Shown piece after piece: positions 1 to 13,062 of a stretch of 64,000 bases of DNA. A program made the position numbers and the translations under genes. The first letter of the stretch is position 1. Each line of letters opens with the position of its first letter. The stretch is from Eledone cirrhosa (taxonomy: Eukaryota): positions 228,532,001 to 228,596,000 of the forward strand of contig OZ024743.1 of NCBI GenBank assembly GCA_964016885.1. The letters run 5' to 3'. The notes under the pieces are model-generated. The model saw only the letters and a program-made list of their open reading frames with translations, made no database searches and had not been told where the DNA came from.

Positions 1-479
1 TGTCTATTTAAAGATTAGTTTGAAAGACAAATGTTGAGGTCAGAGTAGGAGGAGATAGATGGATAGATAGATAGATAGATAGGCAAGGAGGAGATGGAGG
101 ATATATAGATAGATGAGGAGGGGGTGTAGGATGTGAGAAAGATAGACAGATGAGGAGAGAAAGAGGAGAGAAAGGTGGTATATATGCATAGGTAAAGCTA
201 CTAAACTACCTTCTCTCATTCAAACTCACAGATACTTCCACAGAAATACACACACATGTTGAGCCAAGTAGGAAGCCTCAACATGGTTTCTCAGATGCTA
301 AAAATAGCAACCCAAATCTTCCTCAAATCACACCCTTAGAAAAATACACATTAGATAATGTAGTCCTTGGTTACATAGAAAACTGATGGGATATAAGGTG
401 ATCGTACTGGTGATATGACGAAAACCACCCAGTCCACTCTGTTAGATGGTCATTTAAAAAGCACCTAGTTTACCTGTAA

Positions 480-790
480 CATGGTAAGGGCATTCAGAAC
501 CAAGCCAAAATACAGAACCATATGAGCAAAATGTGGCCACCAGACTTGACTTGTCTCATAAGGTGACAACTCATTTAACCCATGCAAGCGTGGAAAAATA
601 GATCTTCAACAATGATGAAGAAGATGATATATATATATATATGGCATTAGGAAGGGCATCCAGCTGTAGAAAACCAGCCAGAAACATCCCTATATGAGCA
701 AGACACGGTCACCCGACCCAACTTGCCTCTAAATGGAACCCGTCTAACCCATGCTAGCTTGGAAGATGGACGTTAATCTATGATGATGAT
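480..790 (+). mobile_element. Two adjacent RTE-type/SINE 3' tail fragments ending in (GAT)n
   Basis: The 645-790 copy contains ttaggaagggcatccagctgtagaaa and cccgtctaacccatgctagcttggaagatggacgtt, as in RTE 3' ends elsewhere in the window. The 480-630 copy is older and more diverged. Confidence 0.7.
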
Positions 791-794
791 AGCA

Positions 795-1050
795 ACCACA
801 CAACACACATACTTCACTTCGACTGACCCTGCTCTCTTTAATATACTGAAATACATGAAGACAGGATCAGATCCCATAATGTTTAAAAGCTTTCTTGACA
901 AATTCCTTCAAGAAACCTCCTACACATAGATATATCTCAGAAAACAACAACACTTTACTAATTTGTGAAACCATAACCTAAAAGAGTTTGCCATGTGGTG
1001 GTATTAAATTGGACATTGCCTGTCCCATCACTGGCCAAAAACCTATAAAA
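795..1050 (+). mobile_element. Degraded 3' end of a CR1-like LINE
   Basis: Translates to YFTSTDPALFNILKYMKTGSDPIMFKSFLDKFLQ, then after a frameshift KPPTHRYISENNNTLL. This resembles the C-terminal 'GP.LFN.LP...FK..LDKFL..IPD.P...N.LL' pattern of invertebrate CR1-type ORF2. Confidence 0.5.
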
Positions 1051-1116
1051 GTGGTATATATATGTGTGTGTGTGTGTCCACATTACATAGTGCATATGGT
1101 GATTGTAATAGTGGCA

Positions 1117-1236
1117 GATTGTTAAGTCATTGTCTTAAATAAAGAGCCAACTCTGCTCTGTGTTGTTATATATATATATATATATATATATATAAGTGAA
1201 GTGAGTTCCTTATTCAAGACAATGACTTGACAATCT
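1117..1236. repeat. ~32-bp imperfect inverted repeat enclosing a (TA)n tract
   Basis: agattgttaagtcattgtcttaaataaagagc matches the reverse complement of gagttccttattcaagacaatgacttgacaatct. Confidence 0.8.
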
Positions 1237-1993
1237 CTGTAGTGATGGTGCTTTTATTATATGCACCAAGTTCACTCTGTAAAGAAGTTGGTGTTAAGAA
1301 CAGCATCCAGCCATAGAGACCATGTCAAATAAAATGTTGAGAAGACTCTTTAGTTGTGTCAAAGATATGACAACTTTCCTATTACTGATGTCATGATAAA
1401 ATGTTCCCAGTACAATCTGTAAAATGTTGGGCATTATTTTGCTGGTTGTTTTTGTCAAACCACTAGCCTATGGAACACAGAAATGGAAACCACACATATT
1501 ATTGTTTAATGTCCACTTTTCTGTAGTGATATAATGCAGTGGATGTGAACTTGAAAACACATGGTTGGGAAGTGAACTCGTTAACCACACAGCTATAGAT
1601 TTTTTTTTTTAATAATTGCATTTATTCTTTTACCACATGCACACACAATACCACACAAACTTTATATCACATGAACACTATATATTAAAAAAAAACATGA
1701 CAAACACATGTTCTTTGATATATATAGAGATAGATAGATATATAATTAGTGGTAGGTATTTCTACATATTCTACATATTTTAATACCAAATAAACTAATA
1801 TGACAGCTTTCTATATATCAGATAACCTACTCTACTATATTATCAACTCAATTGTCATAAATTTAAAATGCACTAAAAGTGGTGCATTTTAACGTATAAT
1901 ACTTGAGAAATTGAATATATTATAAATATCCACACTAATGCATGCCTACATGCATACATATATACATGCCTACCTACATATAAAAGTCCAATA

Positions 1994-2246
<253 letters not shown>

Positions 2247-2869
2247 ATTTATTTATTCTGAACTATGATTAATTCAATGTTTGAAATTGAGTAAGTATGC
2301 ATGCCTTTAAGTATGCAAAAGTAAGCATGTATCTATGTGAACAAATAATTGTATGTATGTATGTACATGTAGATATATTCCTGTAATTGTTTTACCTATG
2401 GAAATGAATAGATTTATGCAATTTAAAGTGCATGTGTTGTAAGATACATTTTAACTCAATATGCACAAACACACATCTACATTCACACACATCTCTCTTT
2501 CTATATATATATATATACAAATGCACTTTATGAGAATGCATGCCTGTGTGCGTGTGCATGCATGGCATGCAACTAGTGTTTCTATGATAAATGTGATCAA
2601 GCACCTATGAGCATATGCCTATGTGTATGCATGTAAGCTTGCATGCATATGTGAAAACATAGTCATATGCTAATGTAGGCATGCTGCTTGTCAAATGTGT
2701 GATTCTGTTCTGTTCAATGTTAGTGAATGAAACCCATGATTATGTGCAGCTGCAACTGTTAACTCAGACTGCAATCAACTACAGACACTGTCAGTCTCAC
2801 ATATTCAATGAAAGAATAAGCACTAATAAATCTCCACTAATGACCATTGTTAATCTTTTCTGCATTCAT

Positions 2870-3470
2870 TTTACAGTTTTAAGTGTCTGTTGCTAACTGT
2901 AATTTGCTGTCTGCTTTTGTTGCCTGGTTGCTAACTCTAATTTTACTGTCTGCTTTCATTGCCTGGTTGCTAACTCTAATTTTACTGCCTACTTTATGTT
3001 ACCTGGTTGCTAACTGTAATCTGTCTGATGTTATTGCCTGGTTGCTAACTGTAATTTAACTCTCTCATTTTATTGCCTGGTTGCTAACTCTAATTTTACT
3101 GTCCCATTTTATCACCTGGTTGCTAACTGTAATTTTACTGTCTCATTTTATTGCCTGGTTGCTAACTAATTTAACTGTCTGCATTTGTTGCCTGGTTTTA
3201 TCTCCTCGTTTTCTTAACTATTTCACTGCCTCAATTTAGTTGCTTGGTTGCTAATTGAAATTTTACTGCCTCAATTTCATTCCTTCTTTGCTCTCTGTAA
3301 TTTCAGCAGCCTAGTTATTAATTATAATCTTAATGTCTCCATGAATTGCTATCTAACTGCCTCTATTGTAATGGGTTGCTAACTGTCATTTTACAACCTT
3401 ATTTCTGTTGCCTGGCTGCTTATTGTAATATCACAATTTTAATTCTATTGTTCGGTTGCTAATTACACTT
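2870..3470. repeat. Minisatellite, ~39-bp unit (ttgcctggttgctaactgtaattttactgtctgctttt), ~15 copies decaying at the edges
   Basis: cctggtt recurs at about 2923, 2962, 3002, 3037, 3076, 3115, 3154 and 3191. Confidence 0.9.
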
Positions 3471-3581
3471 TTACCACACAAAACATTGATATCCAATCAT
3501 GTCTTGTCTCAATGCATGATAACCCATCCAAACATTGTCAACATGAAAAATGGATGTAAAGTGAGGATGATGATAATAATA

Positions 3582-3772
3582 ATGGTTTCTGATTTAGGCA
3601 CAAGGCCAGCAATTCTGAGGAAGGAAATGTCGAATGTAACTGGCACTTTGTTTTATCAACCCCGTAAGGATGAAAGGCAAAGCTAACCTCAGCAGGATTT
3701 GAACACAGAATGTAAAGGGCTGTAACTCTATGTCTCAAAGCATGTTGTCCAACACTCTACTGTTACTGCCAA
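3582..3772 (-). mobile_element. SINE family S2 (tRNA-like head, ...ctttgcctttcatcc...gctggccttgtgcctaaatcagaaacc(att)n)
   Basis: Homologous to copies at 39088, 46790, 52400, 62215 and 63042. Confidence 0.75.
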
Positions 3773-4490
3773 AATGTGCTATATAAAATCCATATCTACA
3801 CAATAAACATTGTGAAAACCAAATTAGCTATAAACTTCATGAATTTTATCACATCACGCTTTAATGTTTATTTTTCATGCTTGCTTAGATTAGATGGCGG
3901 TCATGCCCTGAGGCCAGACCAGTCAGGAAACTAGGTCCTACCTTATGCTTTTTTTTTGGCTCGGTTTCTATATCTGAATGCCTTTCCTAACAACCAACTA
4001 CTTTACAATGTTTCATGGGAACATGTTTTTTGTGACTGGATGACATTCCTAAAAACATTGATTTTACAGCATGTAGTGGAAGAAAGGGGAGAGAGGGAAA
4101 CCATATGTTGATTTCTAGAACAGTCCAGGAGTAAGAACAAAAAATATATTTTATTTAATCAAAATTCTACCCTTTTCCCCTTGGGAAGCAAAGTAAAAAT
4201 GCATCAAAATAAATAGAATGTAGTCTAGAAATGATCCGTGTTACATGATACAAATTGAAACAAAATATTCTACAACCACACACGTTCATATACTTGCACA
4301 TGCACACATACTTACATACTTGCACATGCACACGCACACACTCACACTAAGAAATTAAAACTGGGAAAAGTTTTCAATTCGAAGACAGTTTTGCATTCCA
4401 TTTTTCTCCTCCCCTTATCCCTTTGTCTGTCTGTGTGTCCCCCTCTCTCTCACTCACACACACACACACAGACACACAATGACTCATTTC

Positions 4491-4526
<36 letters not shown>

Positions 4527-4854
4527 TTTTCTTTCCTAAAATTTACAAGTTTAGAAAATAACAATTCTTGTACAATTATAATATATAAACAAGAGTGTCA
4601 TCAATGGAGAGTATTGTGAGATTGTAGAAGTTCCATGGATCCATGAGGGGATACATTATGACACATGTTTCCTGTCAGAGAGATGATGGAAGAAATGGAT
4701 AACTTAATCTCTTATGTATTACCTTTCATGGAACAACAAAAATGAAAAGTTTTCTTTTTCTGAAATCCCTTCGAAAATGCTTCAATTTGTTTTGAATATC
4801 CAAGTGTCCTAGCTTCATATCCAAGCATTCTCTAAGGTATATCAATATATAACT

Positions 4855-5530
4855 GTCCTCTCTCTGCTTCTAACACCCACATTGTCTCTTTCTGCTTCCA
4901 ACACACAACCATCCTTTCTCTGCCTCCAACACCCACCCAATCTCAGCCACTAAACCCATTTTGTCCCTCTCTGCCCCCAGTACATAACCATCCCTTCTCT
5001 GCCTCCAACACCCACTTTTTCCCTCTCTGCCTCCAGTACACAAACATCCTTTTTCTGCCTCCAACACCCCCTCAGTCTCTCTCTGCCTCCAACACCCACC
5101 CAGTCTCTCTCAGCCTCCAACACCCACCCAGTCTCTCTCTGCCTCCAACACCCACCCAGTCTCTCTCTGCCTCCCAACCCCCTCAGTCTCTCTCTGTCTC
5201 CAACACCCCCTCAGTCTCTCTCTGCCTCCAACACCCCCTCAGTCTCCCTCAGCCTCCAACACCCCCTCAATCTCCCTCAGCCTTCAACACCCCCTCAGTC
5301 TCTCTCAGCCTCCAACACCCACCCAGTCTCTCTCAGCCTCCAACACCCATCCAGTCTCTCTCTGCCTCCAACACCCACTCAATCTCTCTCAGCCTCCAAC
5401 AACCACCCAGTCTCCCTCAGCCTCCAACACCTACTCAATCTGTCAATGTCTTCACCACACAACCATCCTCTCAGCCTCCAACAATACCCACCCATTCTCC
5501 CTCAGCCTCCATAACCCACCCAATCACTCT
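4855..5530. repeat. Minisatellite, 28-bp unit (ctctctgcctccaacacccacccagtct), ~24 copies
   Basis: gcctccaac recurs with a 28-29 bp period (e.g. 5057, 5085). The minus strand is G-rich. Confidence 0.92.
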
Positions 5531-5859
5531 CAGATCCCCCCCCTCCCATACCCCCCCCCCAACACGCACCCATCCAACCATTCACCTACCCATTCATACA
5601 TCTACCAGCCATGCACCCACTCAGCCACCAATGCCCTCACCCATCCAACTACCTATCTACTACAGTCTATTAGTGATGGGTGTGATTCTTTTATGTCAAC
5701 AACTACCTCGTGGTAGCCCCCACACAGTAAGAAATCTCAAACATTTTCCCCTCAAGATATTCAGTTGTTAAACTCAACATAATCAAAGAAGCATGTTGCC
5801 TATTTACTATTATTTCCTCAACTATGTTTCTATTGTAATCTCTACTATTATAGAAATAA

Positions 5860-6350
5860 CAATATCCTAACAACAGTAACAGCAGGATGAGAAACAACAA
5901 CAATAAGAAAAACAGCAGCAGGAAGAAGCAGAAGAAATATAACAACAACAACAACTCGGATAGACATAGCAGAAACAGAGACTACAACAAGCAACATCAT
6001 ATCTATGACAAGACTAAAAACAGCAACAACATTTGCAACAACAATAACATTTGCAAGAACACAACAAAAACAATAGCAACGATGACAACAAAGCAACAAA
6101 AACAACAACAACAAAAGCAGCATTGGCAATAACAATGAGAACAATGACAACAACCACAATAACAACAGCAACAACAAATACAACAATGACAGCTATCACA
6201 ACAACAACAGCTAACATGACAACAACCACAACAAGAGCAGAAGAAACCATCGCAAAAGAAATTGCAGCAACCAATATGAACGAATGATAAAAACAAACTA
6301 TGATAAAAACGACAACAAAAGAAGCAGCAACAACAACAAAAAACACAACA
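5860..6350. repeat. Degenerate (CAA)n/(ACA)n low-complexity tract
   Basis: Seen directly; it produces poly-N/T/Q and poly-V/L/C pseudo-ORFs. Confidence 0.85.
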
Positions 6351-6716
6351 AAACATACATTCCAATAGTTTCTTTTTAAGATGAAATTATTGAAAAGCAA
6401 TGAATAAGATTCTTATCAAATATGGATATTTAATCCACTACCACCTCAAGCACCACTAACATCTATAAAGAAATTAAGATTCATATGTGTGTGTATATAT
6501 GTGTGTATGTGTGTATGAATGCACACATACATGCATACACATATATATATATATGCATACATACATACATATATATATACATACACACACACACACACAT
6601 ATATATATATACATACATACCTACAAATACATACATACATACACACACACATACACATACACACAGATCATCATCATCATTTTACGTCCGCTTTTCCCTG
6701 CTTCCAAGGGTGGGAC

Positions 6717-6764
<48 letters not shown>

Positions 6765-6995
6765 TTGTGTTTGGCTGATTGAATAAAATATGCTTTTTCT
6801 CAAAAAAAAAAGAAAAAATGATTTCCCTTCTTTCTACATCTTAGTCTCTATCTTTCAATTTCATTTTTTATTTCTCTTTCTATCTTCTGATGAAGGACGA
6901 GCGTCCGAAACGTAATGACTCTTTTTCTACTATATGAAGCATTCAACTAATATATTTCTTCATTGTACTCTGTTGTTTTGTTGTTTACATTTACT
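6765..6995 (+). mobile_element. Penelope-like pseudo-LTR remnant (family H1) containing a hammerhead-like core
   Basis: Shares gctgattgaata...tctatcttctgatga...ccgaaac...aagcatt(c/a)aactaatatatttcttcatt with the minus-strand copy at 14430-14650. Confidence 0.6.
6881..6919 (+). ncRNA. Minimal type I hammerhead ribozyme motif
   Basis: CTGATGA(6887-6893)-A-GGAC-gagc-GTCC-GAAA(6907-6910)-CGTA: intact core boxes, a 4-bp stem II, a palindromic ACGT mini stem III and a GUA triplet. Stem I is imperfect. Confidence 0.7.
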
Positions 6996-7024
6996 CTTTG
7001 CACATGCACACACATATACACATA

Positions 7025-7566
7025 TGAGATTTGTCCCAAAAGTAAGAGTACTGATTCTCCTATGTACGACATGGTAAGTCAGTACAACCTTAATGGACAT
7101 AGGCGTGTTTGTAATGACCTTGGCTGCACGTACATACTTGTTTCAGCATGATCAATTGAGTCAGTCGTGAGTTATTGCTGTTCATGCAAATATGTGTTTA
7201 TAACCTCTGTTACATTTACAATGCAGGAAAATATCGAACAATGGCACGCAATCAAACTTTGTGTGAAAATGCGGATTATCATTTTTTTCAACAGGATTTC
7301 TAGCAAAGAAAAACATTCCCACTCTTCTGCATCCTCTCTACAGCCCAGATCTAGCTGTGTGTGATTTCTGCCTCTTCCCTAAGTTGAAATCGAAGTTAGA
7401 GGGTTTGGGACTGTGGTAAACATACAAAATATAACCAACAAGCAAAAGACTCACAGAAAATCATTTCCTGTAATATTACGATCAAAGGAGATAACTTGTA
7501 ATTTCATGTACACCTAATATATATTTAAATAAAACATCAGTACTCTTATGTTTGGGACAAACCTCA
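7025..7566 (+). mobile_element. Internally deleted mariner (Tc1/mariner) DNA transposon
   Basis: ~30-bp TIRs (tgagatttgtcccaaaagtaagagtactgat / atcagtactcttatgtttgggacaaacctca) with TA on both sides. Transposase remnants: MQENIEQWHAIKLCVK and YSPDLAVCDFCLFPKLKSKL (YSPDLAP motif). Confidence 0.88.
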
Positions 7567-8134
7567 TATATGGATATTTGGTCTTGATAACCCTTTGTAA
7601 CTGCCTCAACATGTTGATATAGTACCCTCCCTTGATGGTATGACCCTAGTGAAGATAGTCAAACACAATACATTTTGCATCCCACAAAACTGAGGCCATC
7701 ATCTTATCCATATATGAAACCACCTTGGGCTTCTTTGTAGCATGTGAGGAGGCAGGATTTCAACCTCATGGGTTGTCTCTTTGTCCCTTGCTCAAAGTGA
7801 TGAACCCAACACTTACCCTAGATTAGGAAACCTCCAAGGAAACCAGATGAATCTGCCTCAAGCCCTTGAACTTTTCAACCCTTTAGGTGTATCAAGGACA
7901 TGACATACACACATTTATAAATATTCAAGATGAATACAATAAGGAATAATTCACATACTATCTAGGTCACACCTCCACTTTTCCATAAAATATTTGCTGT
8001 TTGATATTTTTTGAATTGAGGTTTTGGATGTCCAAAGGATAACACTCTTGCTGGATTTTCATGTAGAAATTTCTTGGAAAAAGTTGCAAGTACATACTCA
8101 AACACACACACAAACATTCATATATATATATATC

Positions 8135-8478
8135 ATCATTTCATCATCATCATCATTTCATTTTATGTCCACTTTTCCCTGCTTGCAAGGGTGGGACGGG
8201 AACTGATTCTGGCTTGATTTCTACAGCTGGATGCCCTTTCTAACACCAACCTCATTTACAGTGAGTGCTGGGTGCTTTTTTGCCGTGGCACCTCCATGAC
8301 CACTTTGCAGTGGAATGATAGGGACCCCAGTCCCTATCATCTCATTTCTACAGCTGAGTAAACTGGAGCAATGGGAAATAAAGTGTCTTGCTCAAGGAAA
8401 CAACACATCACCCGGTCTGAGAATTGAACTCACAACCTTTCGATTGCAAGGACAATGCTCTAACCACTAAGCCATGTG
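8135..8478 (-). mobile_element. Apparently complete composite SINE: tRNA head + CORE-like block + pseudoknot module + RTE-B 3' tail
   Basis: Minus strand, in order: A box tggcttagtgg, B box gagttcaattc, ccttgagcaagacacttt, hairpin atgatagggac-tggg-gtccctatcat, ggaggtgccacggcaaaaaagcacccag, then cccgtcccacccttgcaagcagggaaaagtggac and (GAT)n. Confidence 0.8.
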
Positions 8479-9304
8479 CACACACACACACATGTATATA
8501 TACATATATACATGTGTATGTGTGCATCACATATGTGTTTGCATGTGTATGCGTGTGTCCATGCTCGTGTGTGTATATACATACATTCATAGTTATATAT
8601 TATCTTCTCCATCGTCATTCTCATATCTCTGCAACTGGTGCAGCCAGTAGTTAGGCCTCCAATACATATATGTATGTACACACACACATTTCTATATATT
8701 TAGATGTATAAATATATATAGATTATGAAAGTTTGTTGTAATAATTTTTTTCAAAACTAAATTATATTCAACACTACTACCATATCATCTAAATACACAG
8801 ATTCCTTAGCCATTCTTTTTTTCTTTAAATCCGATTTTTTTTCTTTTCCTTCTCATTCTATTTCATCTCTTTACCCTCATCCCCTCTCCTTTCAAATATT
8901 CACACTATGACATCTACCAAAGCCCTTTCATCAATCCTAAAAATAACTTCTATTTAAATTTCTTTGAAGCATAACACCTATTCACATGGATACATGCATA
9001 CATGTTGCAAACTAAAATAAACTGATGGAAGCATACATTCATACATAAATGTACATACATACACACACATACATTCATAGACACACACACACACACATCA
9101 TACATACGTTCATACATACACATACATACCTATGCATATATTCACACCCACATATACACATACGTACACACACACATACATACATACATACATACATAGA
9201 AACATGCATAAATACACATGCACACACTTAAACACCTGCTTAACAAATAACTGAATAATTTCTGTTACCTGCAACTTGAAACACACAGACACACACACTT
9301 ACAC

Positions 9305-9616
9305 TTGATGGACATCCGTCAGTTCTAGTGATGTGTGTTCCAGTCAAACACTGAAATAACTTGGCCATTAAATTATCATGCACCTGGATGAGCACATGTA
9401 GCCAAGTTCCAAGGGAGATTCTGCATGACACAGTCTATAGCGAGGTTGGCTCCTTAATTTTTAGGTTCAACTTTTAGGTTCAAGATTTGTCAATTGAGTC
9501 ATCTGGGCAACATGAAATAAAGTATTTTGCTCAAGGACACAATGTGCCACTGGTAATTAAACTCATGACCTTACAATTGTGAGCTAATCTCCCTAACCAC
9601 TAAGCCACACACCTTC
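9305..9616 (-). mobile_element. tRNA-headed SINE family S1 (degraded)
   Basis: Minus strand gaaggtgtgtggcttagtggttagg...gtgtccttgagcaa; the body matches the 19217 copy. Confidence 0.7.
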
Positions 9617-9885
9617 ACACATGCACCTAGCAGGAAAGTAAGAGTTAGGAACAAAACTCTGCATAACAACTTTATACAGTCTTAGCTTTGAATAATTGTT
9701 TATACCTCTCTACTAAACTGTATTGAATACATTTTTATACTGCAATTGATCTATCTATCTTTCTATTTATCCACTCCTACTACAAAACTGTAAGCTCTAG
9801 TGAATGAATGGAGACAATAATACTAATCATTGGCTATACAACATATCTCATCTCTGCTCATTTTCTAATCACCTATGGCTACCAT

Positions 9886-10130
9886 TTAAACCTTTTCATA
9901 ACCAAACTTCCCCAAACTGTCCCTGATTTTATGAAACAAAGCTATTTCAACTATAGTTATATTCATCTAAAAAGTTCATAATTTATGTAGAAACTTTTCT
10001 TAAGTTAATAATCTAGTAATGAGTATGTTAGTTATTTTACTCAACCCATTCAAACTCTAGAATATTTTCAAAGTGATATGAACATTTTAGGCAATGTCTT
10101 TCATTAAATATTTGGTAATAAAGTAGTTAA
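9886..10130. mobile_element. Degraded TTAA-bounded MITE (piggyBac-like); relatives at ~60338-60512, ~61530-61690 and ~61881-62108
   Basis: Ends ttaaaccttttcataaccaaa / ttggtaataaagtagttaa. The relatives share ttaaccc... starts and an internal ttttgaaaataat-like block. Confidence 0.5.
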
Positions 10131-10253
10131 GCAGCTAGAGAATTCAGTCAGACAAGCTAAGTAAGGTAACATTAATAAGTAACTGTCATCTTATATATAT
10201 ATATAAGTGAGTGTGTGTGTATGTGTGTATATATGTGTGTGTGTATGTGTATG

Positions 10254-10303
<50 letters not shown>

Positions 10304-11531
10304 CATACATATGACTCTACATTTCATTATTGAGTTCTATTTTAGTGTTTCATCACTGTATAACACATTAATAAATGTTAAACATCTACAATATTATATA
10401 TATACACATACACTCAAAATAATACATATATACACAAACCTGAATTAGATACATATACACATACATGTATATATGACACAAAAGAGAGACATAATTTTTC
10501 CCCCTTTTTCATTTCTATTTCATTTTTATCTTTGAAGCACATCTTCATGTAATGACATCTTCTGTAAGATCTCGGCAGAAACAATGTGATAGCGCCATAT
10601 GTAATAACATTTAATGGAATGAGAATCTGTCATGGCTGCCAACACACTCGAACCAAGCGTTGGAGGAGAATGGTGAAGGATGAGGAGGAGGTGATGGTGG
10701 AGGTGGACAGCTAAAAACTATTGCACTACTGTTATGTTTGTGTTATAATTGTGTCTGAGAAAGAAAATCTTTGACACACATGTAGCAGTTATTGATTTCA
10801 CTGCAATCTACTCGATTTAACTCTCTTTGGAGTTGTGGCATTGAGAAGCAGACACTAAGTTTTTGAATATCAAACCAGACTAGTTTTATTCCAGCAGAAA
10901 AATATCATTTCGTCATCATCATCATTTTATGTCTGCTTTCCATGTTTTCATGTATTGGACAGGTCATCACCATATTTTTCTCAGACGTTCCATATTTTGG
11001 CATAGTTTCTATGGCTGAATGTGCTTTTCCTAATGCCAACCACTTTGCAGTATGTACGGGGTGCATTTTATTGTGGTACCAGCACTACCAACTTGCAGCA
11101 TGTTCTGGGTGCATATTTATTGTTGTACCTTCTCTATCACTTTACAGAGTGGACCAAAGGCATTTTAAGAGGGCCCTGTCATTTTTCAGAATATACTGAA
11201 TATATAATATATTATAGCACCAAATTTGTCATTTTACAGAGTGTAGTGAACAAAAAACCCTCTATTGAGTCAATAAAGGGGTCTGAGATAACCTGTGCAT
11301 ATCATACCAGCTTGGAAAAAATGTTCACATTAAATGTATAATCATCACAAAACCTTTAAAAACAAATTAGAGATTTGGTTTCATAGTTTTATTTGGATAA
11401 GAAATAAATCTCAAGTCTATCTATTTAAAGAAATATTCCTAAATGATATTAGTGTTCTATCCAGACCAGACACTTCTATACTTCATTATATTTGGGCCAA
11501 TAAACAATTTTTTTATTATTATCATAGAGAT

Positions 11532-11850
11532 AAGCATGGCTGCACAGTTAAGAATCATTAGGTCCTAGGTTCAATCCCACAATTTGGCATCTTGAGTAAG
11601 TATTTCATTTACCAAAGCCTTGTGTTAACCCATGCCTCATGAGGGAAATTGGTTTGACAGAAAAATTTTGGAAGCATGTCAGATTAATGGTACCTGTAAT
11701 TCAAAGTGCTAGGGTTATCACACACTATGTAAGGGCTAATCTCCCTGAAAATTTCACTGAAAGCAGATAAGTCTGTGGAATGCTCAGCCACTTACATATT
11801 ATTTTTACGAGAAAGCTGTTCCATTGTTGAAATTGACAGTGTTCCATTCC
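11532..11850 (+). mobile_element. Hybrid SINE: S3-type head followed by an S1-type body
   Basis: gcatggctgcacagttaagaa...ggttcaatcccac...ggcatcttgagtaag, then gtctgtggaatgctcagccacttacat. Confidence 0.6.
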
Positions 11851-12612
11851 AATCCATATTTCCTCAATAATTTTATTTCTGCAGAATAGAAATATCGTTA
11901 AGTGGAATTGTTGTTTGAGAATTTTGAGGGGGAGGAAGAATCCCAGAAAAAATTTAGTGGCTATATGTGAGAAATAATTTGACAATCTTGTAAGGAGTTT
12001 TATTTTGGACTCACTTTAAGAATACAATGGCAGCAATATCAGTTAGAGAAGAAAAGCTCTCAAGTAGTGCATAAAATAGAGCTAAAGATTCATTAGAATA
12101 TCCATATGATACGTTAGAGTGAATGACATATAGGAAGAAACTTTAGTATTTCTTACCCTTTGGACAGCACATATATCATGAATACAAGAAGTGGCTTGAT
12201 CCAAAACCTTCTCAATACAGATATAAATTGAAGAAGGAGGACCTCTAAAATTAACTCAGGCTTTCTCTGCCTTAATACTCTGTCAAATCCAAATAGGAAA
12301 TGGTTTATGAGAAAAGGAAATTAAAGAGACTAATGCTTGCATGCATGTGCATGTGTTTGTGTGAGTGCATATATATGTGTGCATGTGTGTGTGTATGCAT
12401 TCAACTGCACGCCTACATATGCTAATACCAAATTGCTTGCTCCAACCATGAAAAAAAAAAAATCAATTGAATAATATGTGAAGCTTTCAACAGCAGAGTT
12501 ACAAAAGTAGGCTTCAATACAAGTATCAATAGGAGGAGAAATTTCCTGCTACAATATGAACAAAAAACATTATTTACAAAATGTATATTTACTTCTGTAT
12601 CTCAAGGTGAGT

Positions 12613-12664
12613 ATGTCTCTGCTGATGAAGAAATAATAATTCCTGAAATATGTATATAGCATTC
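12613..12664 (+). ncRNA. Degenerate hammerhead-like motif
   Basis: CTGATGA(12622-12628)-ag-aaat-aata-attcc-TGAAA-tatgta. It has the same GAAATATGTA ending as the cores at 23177-23346. Confidence 0.45.
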
Positions 12665-12904
12665 TCACATGAATATTGAGGTAGCTGTGATATAATCACA
12701 GCTTAAAATTTTCGCAGCAGGACTATAAGTATGTTTTGCATACATGGCATCATAGAAATACTGTCCTGTCATGAAATTGAAACCTTCCAGGGACCATCTC
12801 TTTTCCAGGACTGAATAAAAGTTATTTCTTCCAGAGAGTGAGAGAAAGAGAGTGACAGGGTAAAAAAAAAGAGATATAGAGGAAGAATTGATCTTAATAC
12901 TGGA

Positions 12905-13040
12905 CAAATACTTTACTTATCAACCTCAAATGGATGAAAGGCAAATAACTTTGACATGATTTGAACTCAGAATGCAGAGATCCAGAATGAATACCGCAAG
13001 GCATTCTATTCATTGTTTTAATGACTTTGCCAATTCACCA
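12905..13040 (-). mobile_element. SINE family S2 fragment
   Basis: ggatgaaaggcaaa...atttgaactcagaat...gccaattcacca. Confidence 0.7.
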
Positions 13041-13062
13041 CGTTATGTTTATTATATATAAA

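Noticed and set aside
1745-1940. Imperfect terminal inverted repeat with an internal hairpin (aaaatgcac/gtgcatttt)
   Set aside because: Too AT-rich and degraded to distinguish from chance or to classify.
2870-3470. 39-bp repeat as a CRISPR array or a 13-aa coding repeat
   Set aside because: The units are contiguous with no unique spacers, indels and stops break the frame, and the context is eukaryotic with no cas genes.
5703-6400. Poly-Cys/Val/Leu/Thr ORFs resembling metallothionein, mucin or membrane proteins
   Set aside because: They come from a degenerate (CAA)n tract that is open in several frames on both strands.
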